Below are positions 38,469 to 49,272 of a DNA stretch of 64,000 nt, piece by piece. Source of the DNA: Candidatus Krumholzibacteriales bacterium (lineage in GTDB: Bacteria > Krumholzibacteriota > Krumholzibacteriia > Krumholzibacteriales > WJIX01); contig JAWODM010000018.1 in assembly GCA_046483305.1 (NCBI GenBank), positions 1 to 64,000 on the forward strand, given 5' to 3'. Position numbers and translations under genes: made by a program. Every line of letters starts with the position of its first letter. The first letter of the stretch is position 1. The notes under the pieces were generated by a model that saw nothing but the letters and a program-made list of their open reading frames with translations, made no database searches and was not told where the DNA came from.

Positions 38469-38551
38469 CAGAATAGACTACTGAACTTAAGATAATACCG
38501 GGCCCGGCGGCTGTAAAGCTATTTGCCCCTGTTGGGTTCTGGCCTCAGGGC

Positions 38552-39787
38552 TCACTCTTCGGTCAGCTCGGCCGATCTGACTATAACCGGAACTGTCCCC
38601 GCCCTTGAGATAATGAATGCTCCAACACCGGCAAGCAGCGCCAGGAAGGATACGAATTTCCCGATAAGCGATATCAGGACAGCAAGCGGTATGAAAGGCA
38701 TCACTATACTGATTCCGCTGGAAATAATACCGAAAACAGCCAGAATCAGCAGACCAATGATACCCTGAACGTATCTGGAATCAATCCCCAGGTTAAATTT
38801 CCTGCTGACCGCCCTGCCCAGAGCGAAAGCACCCACGAAATAACCCAGGAAGATGAATGCCACGTAGCAGAGAACCATCAGAATGGAGACCGGTATTCCT
38901 ATGATTGTAATACCGATTATCACCGCCGCTATCAGTACCAGAATGGATCCGAACACGAAGATCAACGCCCCCAGCCCCACCGATTTCAGGAAGGAGCCGG
39001 CTATATGATCGGCGGACCTGTCCATCCTCTCCGGGATGAAGTAGACTATCAGAAGAAGCAGCAGCACCGATCCGAGGAAAATTATCAGCCTTAAGATCAG
39101 CTTGAACAACCTTCCCTGAAAAGGCATAAAGGGAAAACCGGCCGGGGAGCTGAGCCCAACATCCGCCATATTAGCGGAACCTATCGATATGGTCTGCCCC
39201 CTGACAGTGGCATTTTCATCCTTATCCAGATGCCCCATAACGCAGACAACATCACCATTGACCACCGCGGTTGGCCCTAATCTCAGGTTGCCGAAGATAC
39301 TGACCGCGTCCCCCTTTACCTTTCCGTCCACCTCCAACCGGCCGAAAATCGCAACGGCGCTTCCCTGTACCAGTTCAAACTCCTTCACCTTCAAATCGCT
39401 GCCTATCTTCACCCTGTCGCCGGTAATTTCCCTGGTGTATCTGTCCTGCTCTCCCATATCGAATTTAATGGTCAGGGAATCGGCCGCCTTTATCAACGAC
39501 TTCTGCTTCTCAATCAGGGATTGCAAATTCTTCTCATCCAGAATAAATTGATCCTTGTCGCCCCGCTTAACCTTGATCCCGTCATCAGATATCGAAATTT
39601 TAACCGACTTCTTCCCAGTCTCATCGCTGCTTTTCGAAAGCGAGTCCGGCTCCGATCCGCCCTCCATGGTGATGGCAGGGACTAACCTCCCAAAGCTCTC
39701 CACTGCGGGGGCATCGAAGTTGAAGAAGGCAGCCGACAGAACTATAAGCACAGCTTTAACAATCAGGGAATTAAATAACGCTAACAT
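38552..39787 (-). CDS. Membrane protein with bactofilin-like beta-repeat region
   Basis: Repeats GSAVAIFG.L.VDGKV.GDAVSIFG.L..AVVNGDVV, then several TM helices (ITIIGIP). Start at ATG 39787. Confidence 0.75.
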   Translation of the reverse strand: MLALFNSLIVKAVLIVLSAAFFNFDAPAVESFGRLVPAITMEGGSEPDSLSKSSDETGKKSVKISISDDGIKVKRGDKDQFILDEKNLQSLIEKQKSLIKAADSLTIKFDMGEQDRYTREITGDRVKIGSDLKVKEFELVQGSAVAIFGRLEVDGKVKGDAVSIFGNLRLGPTAVVNGDVVCVMGHLDKDENATVRGQTISIGSANMADVGLSSPAGFPFMPFQGRLFKLILRLIIFLGSVLLLLLIVYFIPERMDRSADHIAGSFLKSVGLGALIFVFGSILVLIAAVIIGITIIGIPVSILMVLCYVAFIFLGYFVGAFALGRAVSRKFNLGIDSRYVQGIIGLLILAVFGIISSGISIVMPFIPLAVLISLIGKFVSFLALLAGVGAFIISRAGTVPVIVRSAELTEE

Positions 39788-40421
39788 GGGATTCTCCTTT
39801 CCTCCAGGAGGTACGTGCAAATTTCAGCAGCATGTAGATAATAAGAACCGCTATCAATGCCCCGGCTACGTATAAACCGGCAGGTATCTCCCTCAGGAAC
39901 TGAACGACCTTGCCCGCCAGTACCCTGGCGGCAACAATAAATCCGGGATCGGAATTCAGATAGTTGATGACTCTTTCATATAAATCCCCGGCCCTTCTCA
40001 GCAGCACCGCCGCAGAGAGCAGGAACAGAACCGTTTTTCTGGCGGCTTCGACTATCTCCAGATAGACCGGCCTGAAAACATACATGAAGAATACGAAAGC
40101 GGCGGCAAGAGATCCGGCGATCCGGGCCCAGGCCGGTATCGCGTTCCACTTCCAGTTAATATCGCGGACAAATTTCCTGAGAACGTTCTCACGGTATTTG
40201 CCGGTGTCGACCTTCGCCATCACCCTGCTGTTGAACTGTTCGGATGGCTGGAAGCGGTCTATTCCCTGCAGCGTCTCGAAAACTTCCAGAAAATCATTCC
40301 CGGCGGCTCTGCATTCCGGGCACTCCGCCCGGTGAGCTTCGAAACGGGCTTTCTCGGCCGGATCGAGCTCTCCGTCGTAATACTTCTGAATCAACAGCCT
40401 GAAAAGATCACAATCCATCAT
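39771..40421 (-). CDS. zf-HC2 (ZAS) membrane anti-sigma factor
   Basis: C..F...YYDGEL...HRAECPEC, then TM segments. Lies in an ECF operon. Confidence 0.9.
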   Translation of the reverse strand: MMDCDLFRLLIQKYYDGELDPAEKARFEAHRAECPECRAAGNDFLEVFETLQGIDRFQPSEQFNSRVMAKVDTGKYRENVLRKFVRDINWKWNAIPAWARIAGSLAAAFVFFMYVFRPVYLEIVEAARKTVLFLLSAAVLLRRAGDLYERVINYLNSDPGFIVAARVLAGKVVQFLREIPAGLYVAGALIAVLIIYMLLKFARTSWRKGESHVSVI

Positions 40422-41521
40422 ACACCCTTTTCCTTTATGGTGATATCTCCGCTGGATGTTTCTATCAGAACTCTGGATTTACCTTCTCTCACTATTCCGC
40501 TCACTCTCTGCCTGGACATGCCGGATATCTGAATCGGAAGGTCCAGCTCGAAATTCCCGGTGGTAGTGCCGGCCTTAAGGGCAAAACCTCCGCTCAGAAT
40601 CCTGCTGAAGATAAGCGTCAGATTCCCTCCGGAAGTTCCCAGCCTGTATTCTCTCGGCCCCTCTCCGGGAGCAGCTTCCACGTAAAGATCGCCGCTTGCG
40701 GTGAATGCCTTCACATCGCCTCCCGCATCCGTAATTTCCACATCTCCGCTTGTCACATTTACCTCCAGGCTGCCCCCGGCCCGTTCCATCTCCACATCTC
40801 CGCTTATTGCCTTGATAACCGCTCCCCCCCTGATATCCTTCAAATCAATATCCCCGGACGCAACAGATATAATGCATCCGTTCCTGACCTTTACGGCCGA
40901 TATGTCGCCGCTGGCGGTCTCCACTGCCAGCGAACCTATATCTTCAGCTTCCGCATCGCCGCTGGCTGTCCTGGCAACCAGCTTTCCCTCGATTACCCGG
41001 GCTTTCAGATCCCCGCTGGCTGTGGACACGCTCACATCAGCGGCAATATTATTAACTTCGATATCACCGCTGGAGGTATCGAATGTAAGATTGAGGGCCC
41101 TGGGGACGGTTATATCAAGAGACATACGCAGATTCCTGCCCCCGCCGAAGATAGCTTCGAAAATATTTATGGTATTATCCTCATTATCGGGATATTCCGT
41201 CACCAGCTCTATAGTTCCATCCTTCTCCCTAACCTTAACCAGCAGCTTTTCGGCGAGTTCCCGGGCATCCTCCTCGGAGCCGGCCCTGACACGCCTGGAA
41301 ACCTCCACCAGTATGACATCAATCTCCTCCCCCCCGGTTATTTTCACATCGCACCTGCTGGCTATAATGCCAAGGTTCTTTATACCAGCAGCGGACAATT
41401 CCATCCGCTCGGTCTCTTCGTAATCATAGGAAGCGCAAGAGGCCGCAGGCAATATAAACAGGATTAAAGTAAGTATTTTCAACATCCCCGCAATCTTCCC
41501 GGAATCTTTCTTGAAATTCAT
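40418..41521 (-). CDS. DUF4097 beta-strand-repeat lipoprotein
   Basis: Lipobox AAS-C and many T(S/A)SGD repeats. Start at ATG 41521. Confidence 0.9.
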   Translation of the reverse strand: MNFKKDSGKIAGMLKILTLILFILPAASCASYDYEETERMELSAAGIKNLGIIASRCDVKITGGEEIDVILVEVSRRVRAGSEEDARELAEKLLVKVREKDGTIELVTEYPDNEDNTINIFEAIFGGGRNLRMSLDITVPRALNLTFDTSSGDIEVNNIAADVSVSTASGDLKARVIEGKLVARTASGDAEAEDIGSLAVETASGDISAVKVRNGCIISVASGDIDLKDIRGGAVIKAISGDVEMERAGGSLEVNVTSGDVEITDAGGDVKAFTASGDLYVEAAPGEGPREYRLGTSGGNLTLIFSRILSGGFALKAGTTTGNFELDLPIQISGMSRQRVSGIVREGKSRVLIETSSGDITIKEKGV

Positions 41522-41522
41522 T

Positions 41523-42119
41523 TCAGCCCCCTTCGTCAGCCGGCAGGTTGCCTTCCCGGTAATCCCTGAAAAAATCAACTATCGTTTTCCTGGCTCTGTG
41601 TATCCTCGCTTTCACCGTTCCAAGGGGGATACCCAGTGTTTCGGATATCTCGTCATATGAGAGGTGTTCCTGGTGACGGAGAAGTACAATCATCCGGTAG
41701 TGCTCCGGCAACCTTTCTATGGCCTTTTCCAGTATCACCATTTCCTCCTTCAGTTCCATCTCTCGTTCAGGCCCGATCTCATCGGAAGGCAGCTGACGGG
41801 GCATTTCGCCGTCATCGCTGTCCACCGGTTTGTCGATCGAAAATACGGTTCGTTTATTCTTACGTAAAAAGTCGATGCAAAGATTCGAAGTAATTCTGTA
41901 AAGCCAGCTCGAAAACGGAAATGAGGGATTATACCTATCCAGTACGTTGAATATCTTGACAAAAACATCCTGGGCCAGGTCCTCCGCGTCATCCCGGTTC
42001 CGAACCATCCGCAGGCAGATACTGAATACCGGGCCCCGGTACTTTTCGAGGAGTTTCTCATAAGCCTTCTCATCTCCTTTCAGGCACCTGCGAATCAGCT
42101 GAGCATCTTCTCTTTTCAC
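41523..42119 (-). CDS. ECF sigma factor (SigW/RpoE-like)
   Basis: DAEDLAQDVF, FSSWLYRITSNLCIDFLRK, LSYDEISETLGIPLGTVKARIHRAR. Confidence 0.95.
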   Translation of the reverse strand: MKREDAQLIRRCLKGDEKAYEKLLEKYRGPVFSICLRMVRNRDDAEDLAQDVFVKIFNVLDRYNPSFPFSSWLYRITSNLCIDFLRKNKRTVFSIDKPVDSDDGEMPRQLPSDEIGPEREMELKEEMVILEKAIERLPEHYRMIVLLRHQEHLSYDEISETLGIPLGTVKARIHRARKTIVDFFRDYREGNLPADEGG

Positions 42120-42135
42120 ATCTCACCTTAATAAG

Positions 42136-42161
42136 TACGGTTAGGGCTCGAAAATGTTTCC
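42136..42161 (-). promoter_or_regulatory. SigW-type ECF autoregulatory promoter
   Basis: GGAAAC-16 nt-CGTA directly upstream of the ECF gene (SigW consensus TGAAAC-N16-CGTA). Confidence 0.75.
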
Positions 42162-42308
42162 AAGATTATCTTTTAAAAGATATCAGGAACCCGTTCAAGT
42201 TAAAAGCTGATTCTGAGAGCATGGCTCTGATCCGAAAAAGCGCGCCGCACTGATGATTCCAATCCCCGGTAAACAGAAATCCTGACGGGTCTGCCTGGAA
42301 TTAATTGA

Positions 42309-42610
42309 GGAGTTTCCCCAAAAAATAAGCCAGAATGTCGGTAAGGTAATCTTTAACAACAACTTAGTTTTAATAGCACCTGGAATCGGCCTTAAGCATT
42401 GATAGAAGCGGCTGAGTGATTAATTCAAAACCCTCCGGAGGGCGAGCGGGCATGGTTTTCTGACCCGCAGGGTCAGAAAGAGCGATGTGCGAGGCGGGAG
42501 TTGCGGTTTCCTCGCCGGGGAAACCGACAACGATTTTGAATTAATCACTCAGCCGCAAACCAAACGAATAATTAAACTACCTGATAGATTATAAAAATTG
42601 GGGAAACTCC
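42309..42610. mobile_element. MITE-like element, same family as 68-331, with nested insertion
   Basis: Perfect 13-bp TIRs GGAGTTTCCCCAA/TTGGGGAAACTCC. The segment from GCCGATTCC to the end spans 82 nt, the same as in unit 201-331. Confidence 0.7.
42408..42556. mobile_element. Nested 149-bp element with perfect 23-bp TIRs and internal hairpins
   Basis: GCGGCTGAGTGATTAATTCAAAA / TTTTGAATTAATCACTCAGCCGC. Internal hairpins TTTCTGACCC-gca-GGGTCAGAAA and CGGTTTCC...GGAAACCG. Confidence 0.75.
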
Positions 42611-42624
42611 AAGAATTAATTTTC

Positions 42625-44001
<1,377 letters not shown>

Positions 44002-44023
44002 CTTATGACGGGAGGTTACAGTA

Positions 44024-44422
44024 ATGAAAAGTCTGTGGGGAGACAGGAATCAGTACCTGAGGATAAGAAGCAGAAGAATTGATGTCTCCAGGAAATTTGC
44101 CCGTCTGCTCATAGGTGGGGTATTAATACTTATTTTCATGATATTTACAGCCGGTGACACCGGCTTCATCAATATGTGGAAGGCTCACGGTAAGCTGGAG
44201 AATATTGAATCCAGGATAGAGATTCTGAAAAACAGCAATAATCAGCTGCAGGAAAAGATAACGTCTCTGAAGAACGACCCCTTTGCCATAGAAAAGGTTG
44301 CCCGCGAAGAGTACGGATATATAAGGCCCGGCGACAGGGTCCTGCGCCTGAACGTTCTTCCACGGAAAGAAAGAAGCGAACCCGAATCGAGTTTACTTGA
44401 CATTGGAGAAGACAACAAATAA
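44024..44422 (+). CDS. ftsB: Septum formation initiator FtsB/DivIC
   Basis: TM, coiled coil, IEKVAREEYGYIRPGD. eno-ftsB synteny. Confidence 0.88.
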   Translation: MKSLWGDRNQYLRIRSRRIDVSRKFARLLIGGVLILIFMIFTAGDTGFINMWKAHGKLENIESRIEILKNSNNQLQEKITSLKNDPFAIEKVAREEYGYIRPGDRVLRLNVLPRKERSEPESSLLDIGEDNK

Positions 44423-44425
44423 CTT
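44397..44425 (+). promoter_or_regulatory. Promoter for tRNA-fMet
   Basis: TTGACA-17 nt-TAACTT inside the 3' end of ftsB. Confidence 0.55.
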
Positions 44426-44444
44426 ACTAATGCGCATGAAATAT

Positions 44445-44521
44445 TGCGGGGTAGAGCAGTCTGGTAGCTCATTGGGCTCATAACCCAAAGGTCGCTGGTT
44501 CAAATCCAGCCCCCGCTACCA
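44445..44521 (+). tRNA. Initiator tRNA-fMet (CAT)
   Basis: Cloverleaf with anticodon arm TTGGG-CTCATAA-CCCAA (three G-C pairs), GGTTCAAATCC T-arm, unpaired 1:72 position and encoded CCA. Confidence 0.97.
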
Positions 44522-44522
44522 T

Positions 44523-44557
44523 AAATAAGCCCCCGGATCAACTCCGGGGGCTTTATT
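44523..44557. terminator. Bidirectional intrinsic terminator
   Basis: AAGCCCCCGGA-tcaac-TCCGGGGGCTT flanked by A- and T-rich tails, between the convergent tRNA and peptidase genes. Confidence 0.85.
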
Positions 44558-44568
44558 CATGAGATTGA

Positions 44569-45885
44569 TCATTCCTCCGCCGCTTTCTCCGCTTCCCTGA
44601 ATTTCGGCTCCAGGCCTTCCAGCACGTCGCGGTGAACTGTATAAGTAAGCATTTTGAGTTTTATATAATCTCCACGGTAAAAGAGATAACCGTGGAACTT
44701 TCCGTGCCTGGAACTGCGCGAGGAATCCTTGATCAGGAACCAGTCATCGCCGCCCTTTTTCATGTGGGCGAGCAGGTGAATCCCGTGGTCGTCGGTGGTT
44801 GTCCTGTTGTAAATACGGAATTCTCTGGAATCCTGGTTTATGTAATCTCCCGGAATATCATAGTCGGGGATTATCGCTCCGTCCTCGAAACCGTTGTATC
44901 CCGGCTCTGAAACATCACCGCCTATGCAGACCGTATAACCTTCTGAGGCCGCCTTTACGATATGACTGTAGAACTCATCCAACGGAAGGTTATAGTAAGT
45001 ATCGGTGGGCCTCCAGTTGTCCGGCACATCGAACTCCGCCTGCACATAGAAAGGCTCGGACATGGTAGACATCACCTGAACGTAATCGCCGGTATCCACC
45101 TTGAGGACATCTTCCAGGAACTGAATAGGGGTCATGACCTCCCCCTCGAACCTGAACTTCTCCGGTGGCCTGCCCAGGTATTTATCCAGGATAACCCTGA
45201 TGTGGGCGATATTCTCCTCCTCATCCCAGGTTCCGTTCTCCCTGACGCATTCAAGGTAATCCATCATCTCCGAGCGCAGCATCTTATGGTTGTGCCTGTC
45301 CCGCCCCCCGGTCAGGCCAGGGTATGCTTCCAGCGGTACCACACCGTAGCTGTCCCATATGATAAACAAGCCGTCAGATTCGCCTCCCTGGGCGAAGGGC
45401 TGATGCCCCCTTTTCCTGATATAACCCCTGGCCTTTTCCACATACTCCCAGTAGACAGTGTACATCTCGGACAGCTTGATCTCCCTGCCTGTCAGCCTCG
45501 CAATTTCAGACTCCATGAATGAAGTGGTGCAGAAACACCAGCAGGTCCCGGTGTAGTACTGGGGAACCGGGTCGAAATGGAAGGGCGGATCGAAGCTTTC
45601 CGGCGATTCGGGTTTTTCTATTCCCTTGAAATCGAGCCGTATTTCCTCCCTTTCCTCTCTCTCTTTTTCCTTTTTCTTCCTGAATTTCTCGTTAATCTCA
45701 GCCGTGATACTGTCCCTGAGAGCTTTCAGGCTGTCCATTTCCTCTTTCATTCTCTTGAGAACGGGATCCCGGTAATCCCTGCAGTAGGTTACGTGATCTC
45801 TCTTATCATCGCCGCGAGAAACCTCCGGCAGAAGAAGCGCAACGGAGAATGCTGCTAGCGAAAGTATAATGAATAGTTTCCGCAT
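44569..45885 (-). CDS. Secreted C1-family cysteine peptidase (aminopeptidase C/bleomycin hydrolase-like)
   Basis: Signal peptide, QYYTGTCWCF, LSEMY, DVSEPG, TTDDHGIH, IKDS. Confidence 0.9.
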   Translation of the reverse strand: MRKLFIILSLAAFSVALLLPEVSRGDDKRDHVTYCRDYRDPVLKRMKEEMDSLKALRDSITAEINEKFRKKKEKEREEREEIRLDFKGIEKPESPESFDPPFHFDPVPQYYTGTCWCFCTTSFMESEIARLTGREIKLSEMYTVYWEYVEKARGYIRKRGHQPFAQGGESDGLFIIWDSYGVVPLEAYPGLTGGRDRHNHKMLRSEMMDYLECVRENGTWDEEENIAHIRVILDKYLGRPPEKFRFEGEVMTPIQFLEDVLKVDTGDYVQVMSTMSEPFYVQAEFDVPDNWRPTDTYYNLPLDEFYSHIVKAASEGYTVCIGGDVSEPGYNGFEDGAIIPDYDIPGDYINQDSREFRIYNRTTTDDHGIHLLAHMKKGGDDWFLIKDSSRSSRHGKFHGYLFYRGDYIKLKMLTYTVHRDVLEGLEPKFREAEKAAEE

Positions 45886-45910
45886 ACCTTACCTCTCTTT
45901 CCTGAACTGG

Positions 45911-45942
45911 CGGGGAGCGGGGGATACAATCCCGGCTCCCCG
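45911..45942. other. Intergenic GC-rich hairpin
   Basis: CGGGGAGC..GGGAT-aca-ATCCC.GCTCCCCG between the tricorn and C1 peptidase genes. Confidence 0.55.
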
Positions 45943-45948
45943 TTAAGA

Positions 45949-48900
45949 TCAGCTCCTGTCAGGCCCTTCGGGCTTTTCTATCTTCTTCGGCGGGTTCTTC
46001 TCCAGCTCTTCAAGCAGATATTCCACCGCCCGCTCTATCATCGGCTCCCTCCCGGCCTGAATCAGGGCAGGGTCGTCAAACACTTCGAAGCCGGGGTCGG
46101 GCGACACTCCCACCGCCTCCACATCCCAATCACCTTCCTTGTTAACATAGGCGAAACCGGGAACCGCGAAGGAACCTCCGTCCACGAATCGGGGAGAATA
46201 TCCGTAACCGATCAGCCCGCCCCAGGTAGTCTGGCCGATTAGCGGCCCCAGGCCCGCCTCCCTGAAGTAAGCCGGGAAAGCGTCCCCTCCCGACGATGAG
46301 AGCCCATTTATCAACATCGCCTTGGGCCCCTCATTGATAGGAATGGGAAGAGGGTAAAGTTTCATGTTTCTTCTGGCCCAGTAGCTGTAAACTCTTCTCT
46401 TCATGATTTCAACCATCTGATATGGGGAATGACCTCCCCCGTTGTAACGCTCGTCTATTATCAGGGCATCCTTTTTCATCAGAGGCTGGAAGTACTTGAA
46501 AAAGGATCGGTATCCGTCATAGTGGGTGTTGGGGACGTGGATATAACCAATCCTGCCTCCGGAAAGCTCATCCACCAGGCGCCGGTTTTCCTCCACCCAG
46601 TTCATGTAGAGAAGGCTCAGTTCGGAATCGGCCGGCTTTACCGTAACTTCGCGCGCCCCCTTCATGCGGGGCCGGTCATTTACGGTCAGGTTAACCTGCA
46701 CATCGACCTTGTTTTCCAGGAAAGAATACGGGTTTTCGCCAGTGGTGACTTCCCGCCCGTCTATCGCTATCAGGTACATCCCTTCCTTCACGTTAAGCCC
46801 CGGTTCGGTAAGGGGAGACCTCTCTGCTTTGTGCCAGTTGGCCCCCTGATAGATTTTGTCGAACCTGTAGTAATCCCCGTCCGCCTTGAAACTGCATCCC
46901 AGAACACCCACCGGGACCCGTTCCACGGCCGGCATATCTCCGCTGTGCACATAACAGTGGCCGGCGTTCAGTTCTCCGATCATCTCTCCCAGGATATAAT
47001 CCAGATCAGCCCGGTGCGCCAGATGAGGAAGCAGAACCTGGTACTTATCATGGATTTTCTTCCAGTCCACCCCGTGCATGTTGAGGTCGTAGAACCAGTC
47101 TCTCATTATTCTCCAGGCATCGGTGTATATCTGCTTCCATTCCACCGCCGGATCAATCCTCATCTCCAGCCCGCTGAGGTCCAGCTCTCCCTCTCCGGCC
47201 TTCTGGCCGGGCGCCAGCTTGGCAATTCCGTATTTCCCGTTGGCGCTGTAAATAAATTTCTTGCCGTCCGCCGAAAGCTGATAACCCCGAATGCCGGACA
47301 TCACCGTTTCGGCTTCCCGCTTTTCAAGGTCGTACTTCTTCAGATGCCTTTTCCCCTCCTCATCGACATATATGAATACCAGTCCGCCTTCCACCGGGCT
47401 CAGGCTGTAATACCTCTTATGCTGCAGCGGCAAAGCCACCACCCGGGAGGCAAAACCTTCCGCGTCGATAGATTTTATCTCAACTTCCTTCTCTTCCTTC
47501 TTCTCCTCATCCTTTTCATCCCCGGACGCTACGTCTTCCTCGTCGTTTCTGGGGGCCACCGGCGAAGGGGTTTCCGGAAGAAGGGTCCCCACATAGATCC
47601 GGTCCTCCCATTCCCTGTCACCGTAAACAAAATCTCTCTGGGAGATGAAGTAGATATACTTCCCGTCAGCGGAGAAAACCGGCTCTCTGTCATTGGTGTA
47701 ATCATCAGTCAGTTTCATCGCTTTTTCCGACTCCAGAGAGTAGACCCATATTGAGGTCATGAAGTTTTCATCGGCGCTCTTGGTATAGCACAGCCACCTG
47801 CTGTCCGGAGAAAAGGAATAATGCTGTATCTCGCTCACCATGCTCCTGTCAGCCAGAGTCTTCTCTCCGCTCTCTATGTCCAGCACCCACAGCCTGCTCT
47901 TCTTGTCCGTAAAGACCGCCTTTCTGCTGTCGGGAGACCATTCTATCCCCATTATCCAGGAATCGGTTCCGGTAGTGAGCTGCTTCGGCCGGCCCTCTCC
48001 CGACTTCGGCCTCATCCATATTTCATACTCGCCGCCGGCCTCTGAAAGATAGAGAAGATATTTTCCGTCGGGAGACCATTCCAGCTCTCTCTCCCTGATA
48101 CCGGGAGTCCGGGAAATATTCCTGGTTACTCCGTGCTCGGCGGGTACGGTAAAGATCTCTCCGCGGGCGGTAAAAGCGGCTCTTACCCCGGAGGGCGAGA
48201 TGGTGTAGCTCCCGATATTACCTTTAACGTTCTTGTATACCGGCCTGGTAAAAGGCTTATCCGAACCGAGGGTTACCTCTATTTTACGCGTCCTGCCGGT
48301 GGCGGTATCATGCCAGAAGAGATATCCCCCCTTCTCGAACACTATCCGGTCGCCTCCCCGGCTGGGCCAGAGAACATCGTAGAAGTTGTAGCCGGTGACC
48401 CTGGTAATCTCTTCCGTGCCGGTATCATACCTGAACAGATTCAGAGTCCTGTCCCGGTCGGAGGTGAAGTAAATACTCTGCCCCACCCACATGGGAAAGT
48501 TGTCGGTACCCTTGTAATCGGTTATCTGTACGGTTACATTGTTCCGCAGGTCATAGATGTATACATCCTGGGCCCGTCCGGCTTTATACCGCTTCCAGGT
48601 ACGAAACTCCCTGGACTTGATGTTGAAGGCGATCTTTCCGCCATCCGGCGAAAGCGAGCCCGGGCCGGCCTCCGGTATCTGGAGGGGCTGCGGAATACCT
48701 GGTTTCTCCGGGTCTACCAGATAATACCTGCCCACTCTTCTGCCGAAAGGGGTATGGTTATGCCTGACCAGGATCTTTCCGTCCGGTGTCCAGTCGATTA
48801 TCATGTAGTCATATCCGCCCCTGGGAGGCATCCTTCCCACGTCGGGGTACCAGGTCAGCCTCTCCGGTTCTCCCCCCTCATAGGGGATAGTATAGACCTG

Positions 48901-49182
48901 CCTGGTCCCGCAGTATTCCCCCGAAAAAGCGATAGTGCTTCCATCCGGAGATATCCGGGGAAACAGCTCCAGCCCCTCCGGGAAGGAAGTAACCCTTCTG
49001 GCTCTTCCCCCTTCCACCGGAACCGTCCAGATATCCCCGGCGTATACGAACACCACTCTGTCACCCATTATATGCGGATAACGGAGCAGCCTCCCCTCTT
49101 CCGCCGGAGCCCGGGCCGGAACCGTGGATGCGGTAACAGCCAGAACCAGAATTAAAACAGATAGTTTCTGTAAAGAGCTCAT
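45949..49182 (-). CDS. Tricorn-like S41 protease
   Basis: Signal peptide, PD40/beta-propeller repeats (SPDG), GELNAGH, PDZ, IGYIH, IIDERYNGGG, SSGGD, TWGG. Confidence 0.95.
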   Translation of the reverse strand: MSSLQKLSVLILVLAVTASTVPARAPAEEGRLLRYPHIMGDRVVFVYAGDIWTVPVEGGRARRVTSFPEGLELFPRISPDGSTIAFSGEYCGTRQVYTIPYEGGEPERLTWYPDVGRMPPRGGYDYMIIDWTPDGKILVRHNHTPFGRRVGRYYLVDPEKPGIPQPLQIPEAGPGSLSPDGGKIAFNIKSREFRTWKRYKAGRAQDVYIYDLRNNVTVQITDYKGTDNFPMWVGQSIYFTSDRDRTLNLFRYDTGTEEITRVTGYNFYDVLWPSRGGDRIVFEKGGYLFWHDTATGRTRKIEVTLGSDKPFTRPVYKNVKGNIGSYTISPSGVRAAFTARGEIFTVPAEHGVTRNISRTPGIRERELEWSPDGKYLLYLSEAGGEYEIWMRPKSGEGRPKQLTTGTDSWIMGIEWSPDSRKAVFTDKKSRLWVLDIESGEKTLADRSMVSEIQHYSFSPDSRWLCYTKSADENFMTSIWVYSLESEKAMKLTDDYTNDREPVFSADGKYIYFISQRDFVYGDREWEDRIYVGTLLPETPSPVAPRNDEEDVASGDEKDEEKKEEKEVEIKSIDAEGFASRVVALPLQHKRYYSLSPVEGGLVFIYVDEEGKRHLKKYDLEKREAETVMSGIRGYQLSADGKKFIYSANGKYGIAKLAPGQKAGEGELDLSGLEMRIDPAVEWKQIYTDAWRIMRDWFYDLNMHGVDWKKIHDKYQVLLPHLAHRADLDYILGEMIGELNAGHCYVHSGDMPAVERVPVGVLGCSFKADGDYYRFDKIYQGANWHKAERSPLTEPGLNVKEGMYLIAIDGREVTTGENPYSFLENKVDVQVNLTVNDRPRMKGAREVTVKPADSELSLLYMNWVEENRRLVDELSGGRIGYIHVPNTHYDGYRSFFKYFQPLMKKDALIIDERYNGGGHSPYQMVEIMKRRVYSYWARRNMKLYPLPIPINEGPKAMLINGLSSSGGDAFPAYFREAGLGPLIGQTTWGGLIGYGYSPRFVDGGSFAVPGFAYVNKEGDWDVEAVGVSPDPGFEVFDDPALIQAGREPMIERAVEYLLEELEKNPPKKIEKPEGPDRS

Positions 49183-49272
49183 AAGCCCTCCTTTCTCAGG
49201 TTTAACGCGGACAGAATAATATCATACAGCGGCAATTTGCGTCGAGAGGAATGTAGGAAGAATTCCGGGACA

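Noticed and set aside
44445..44557. tRNA as an island integration site
   Set aside because: No integrase and no duplicated tRNA 3' end in the window.
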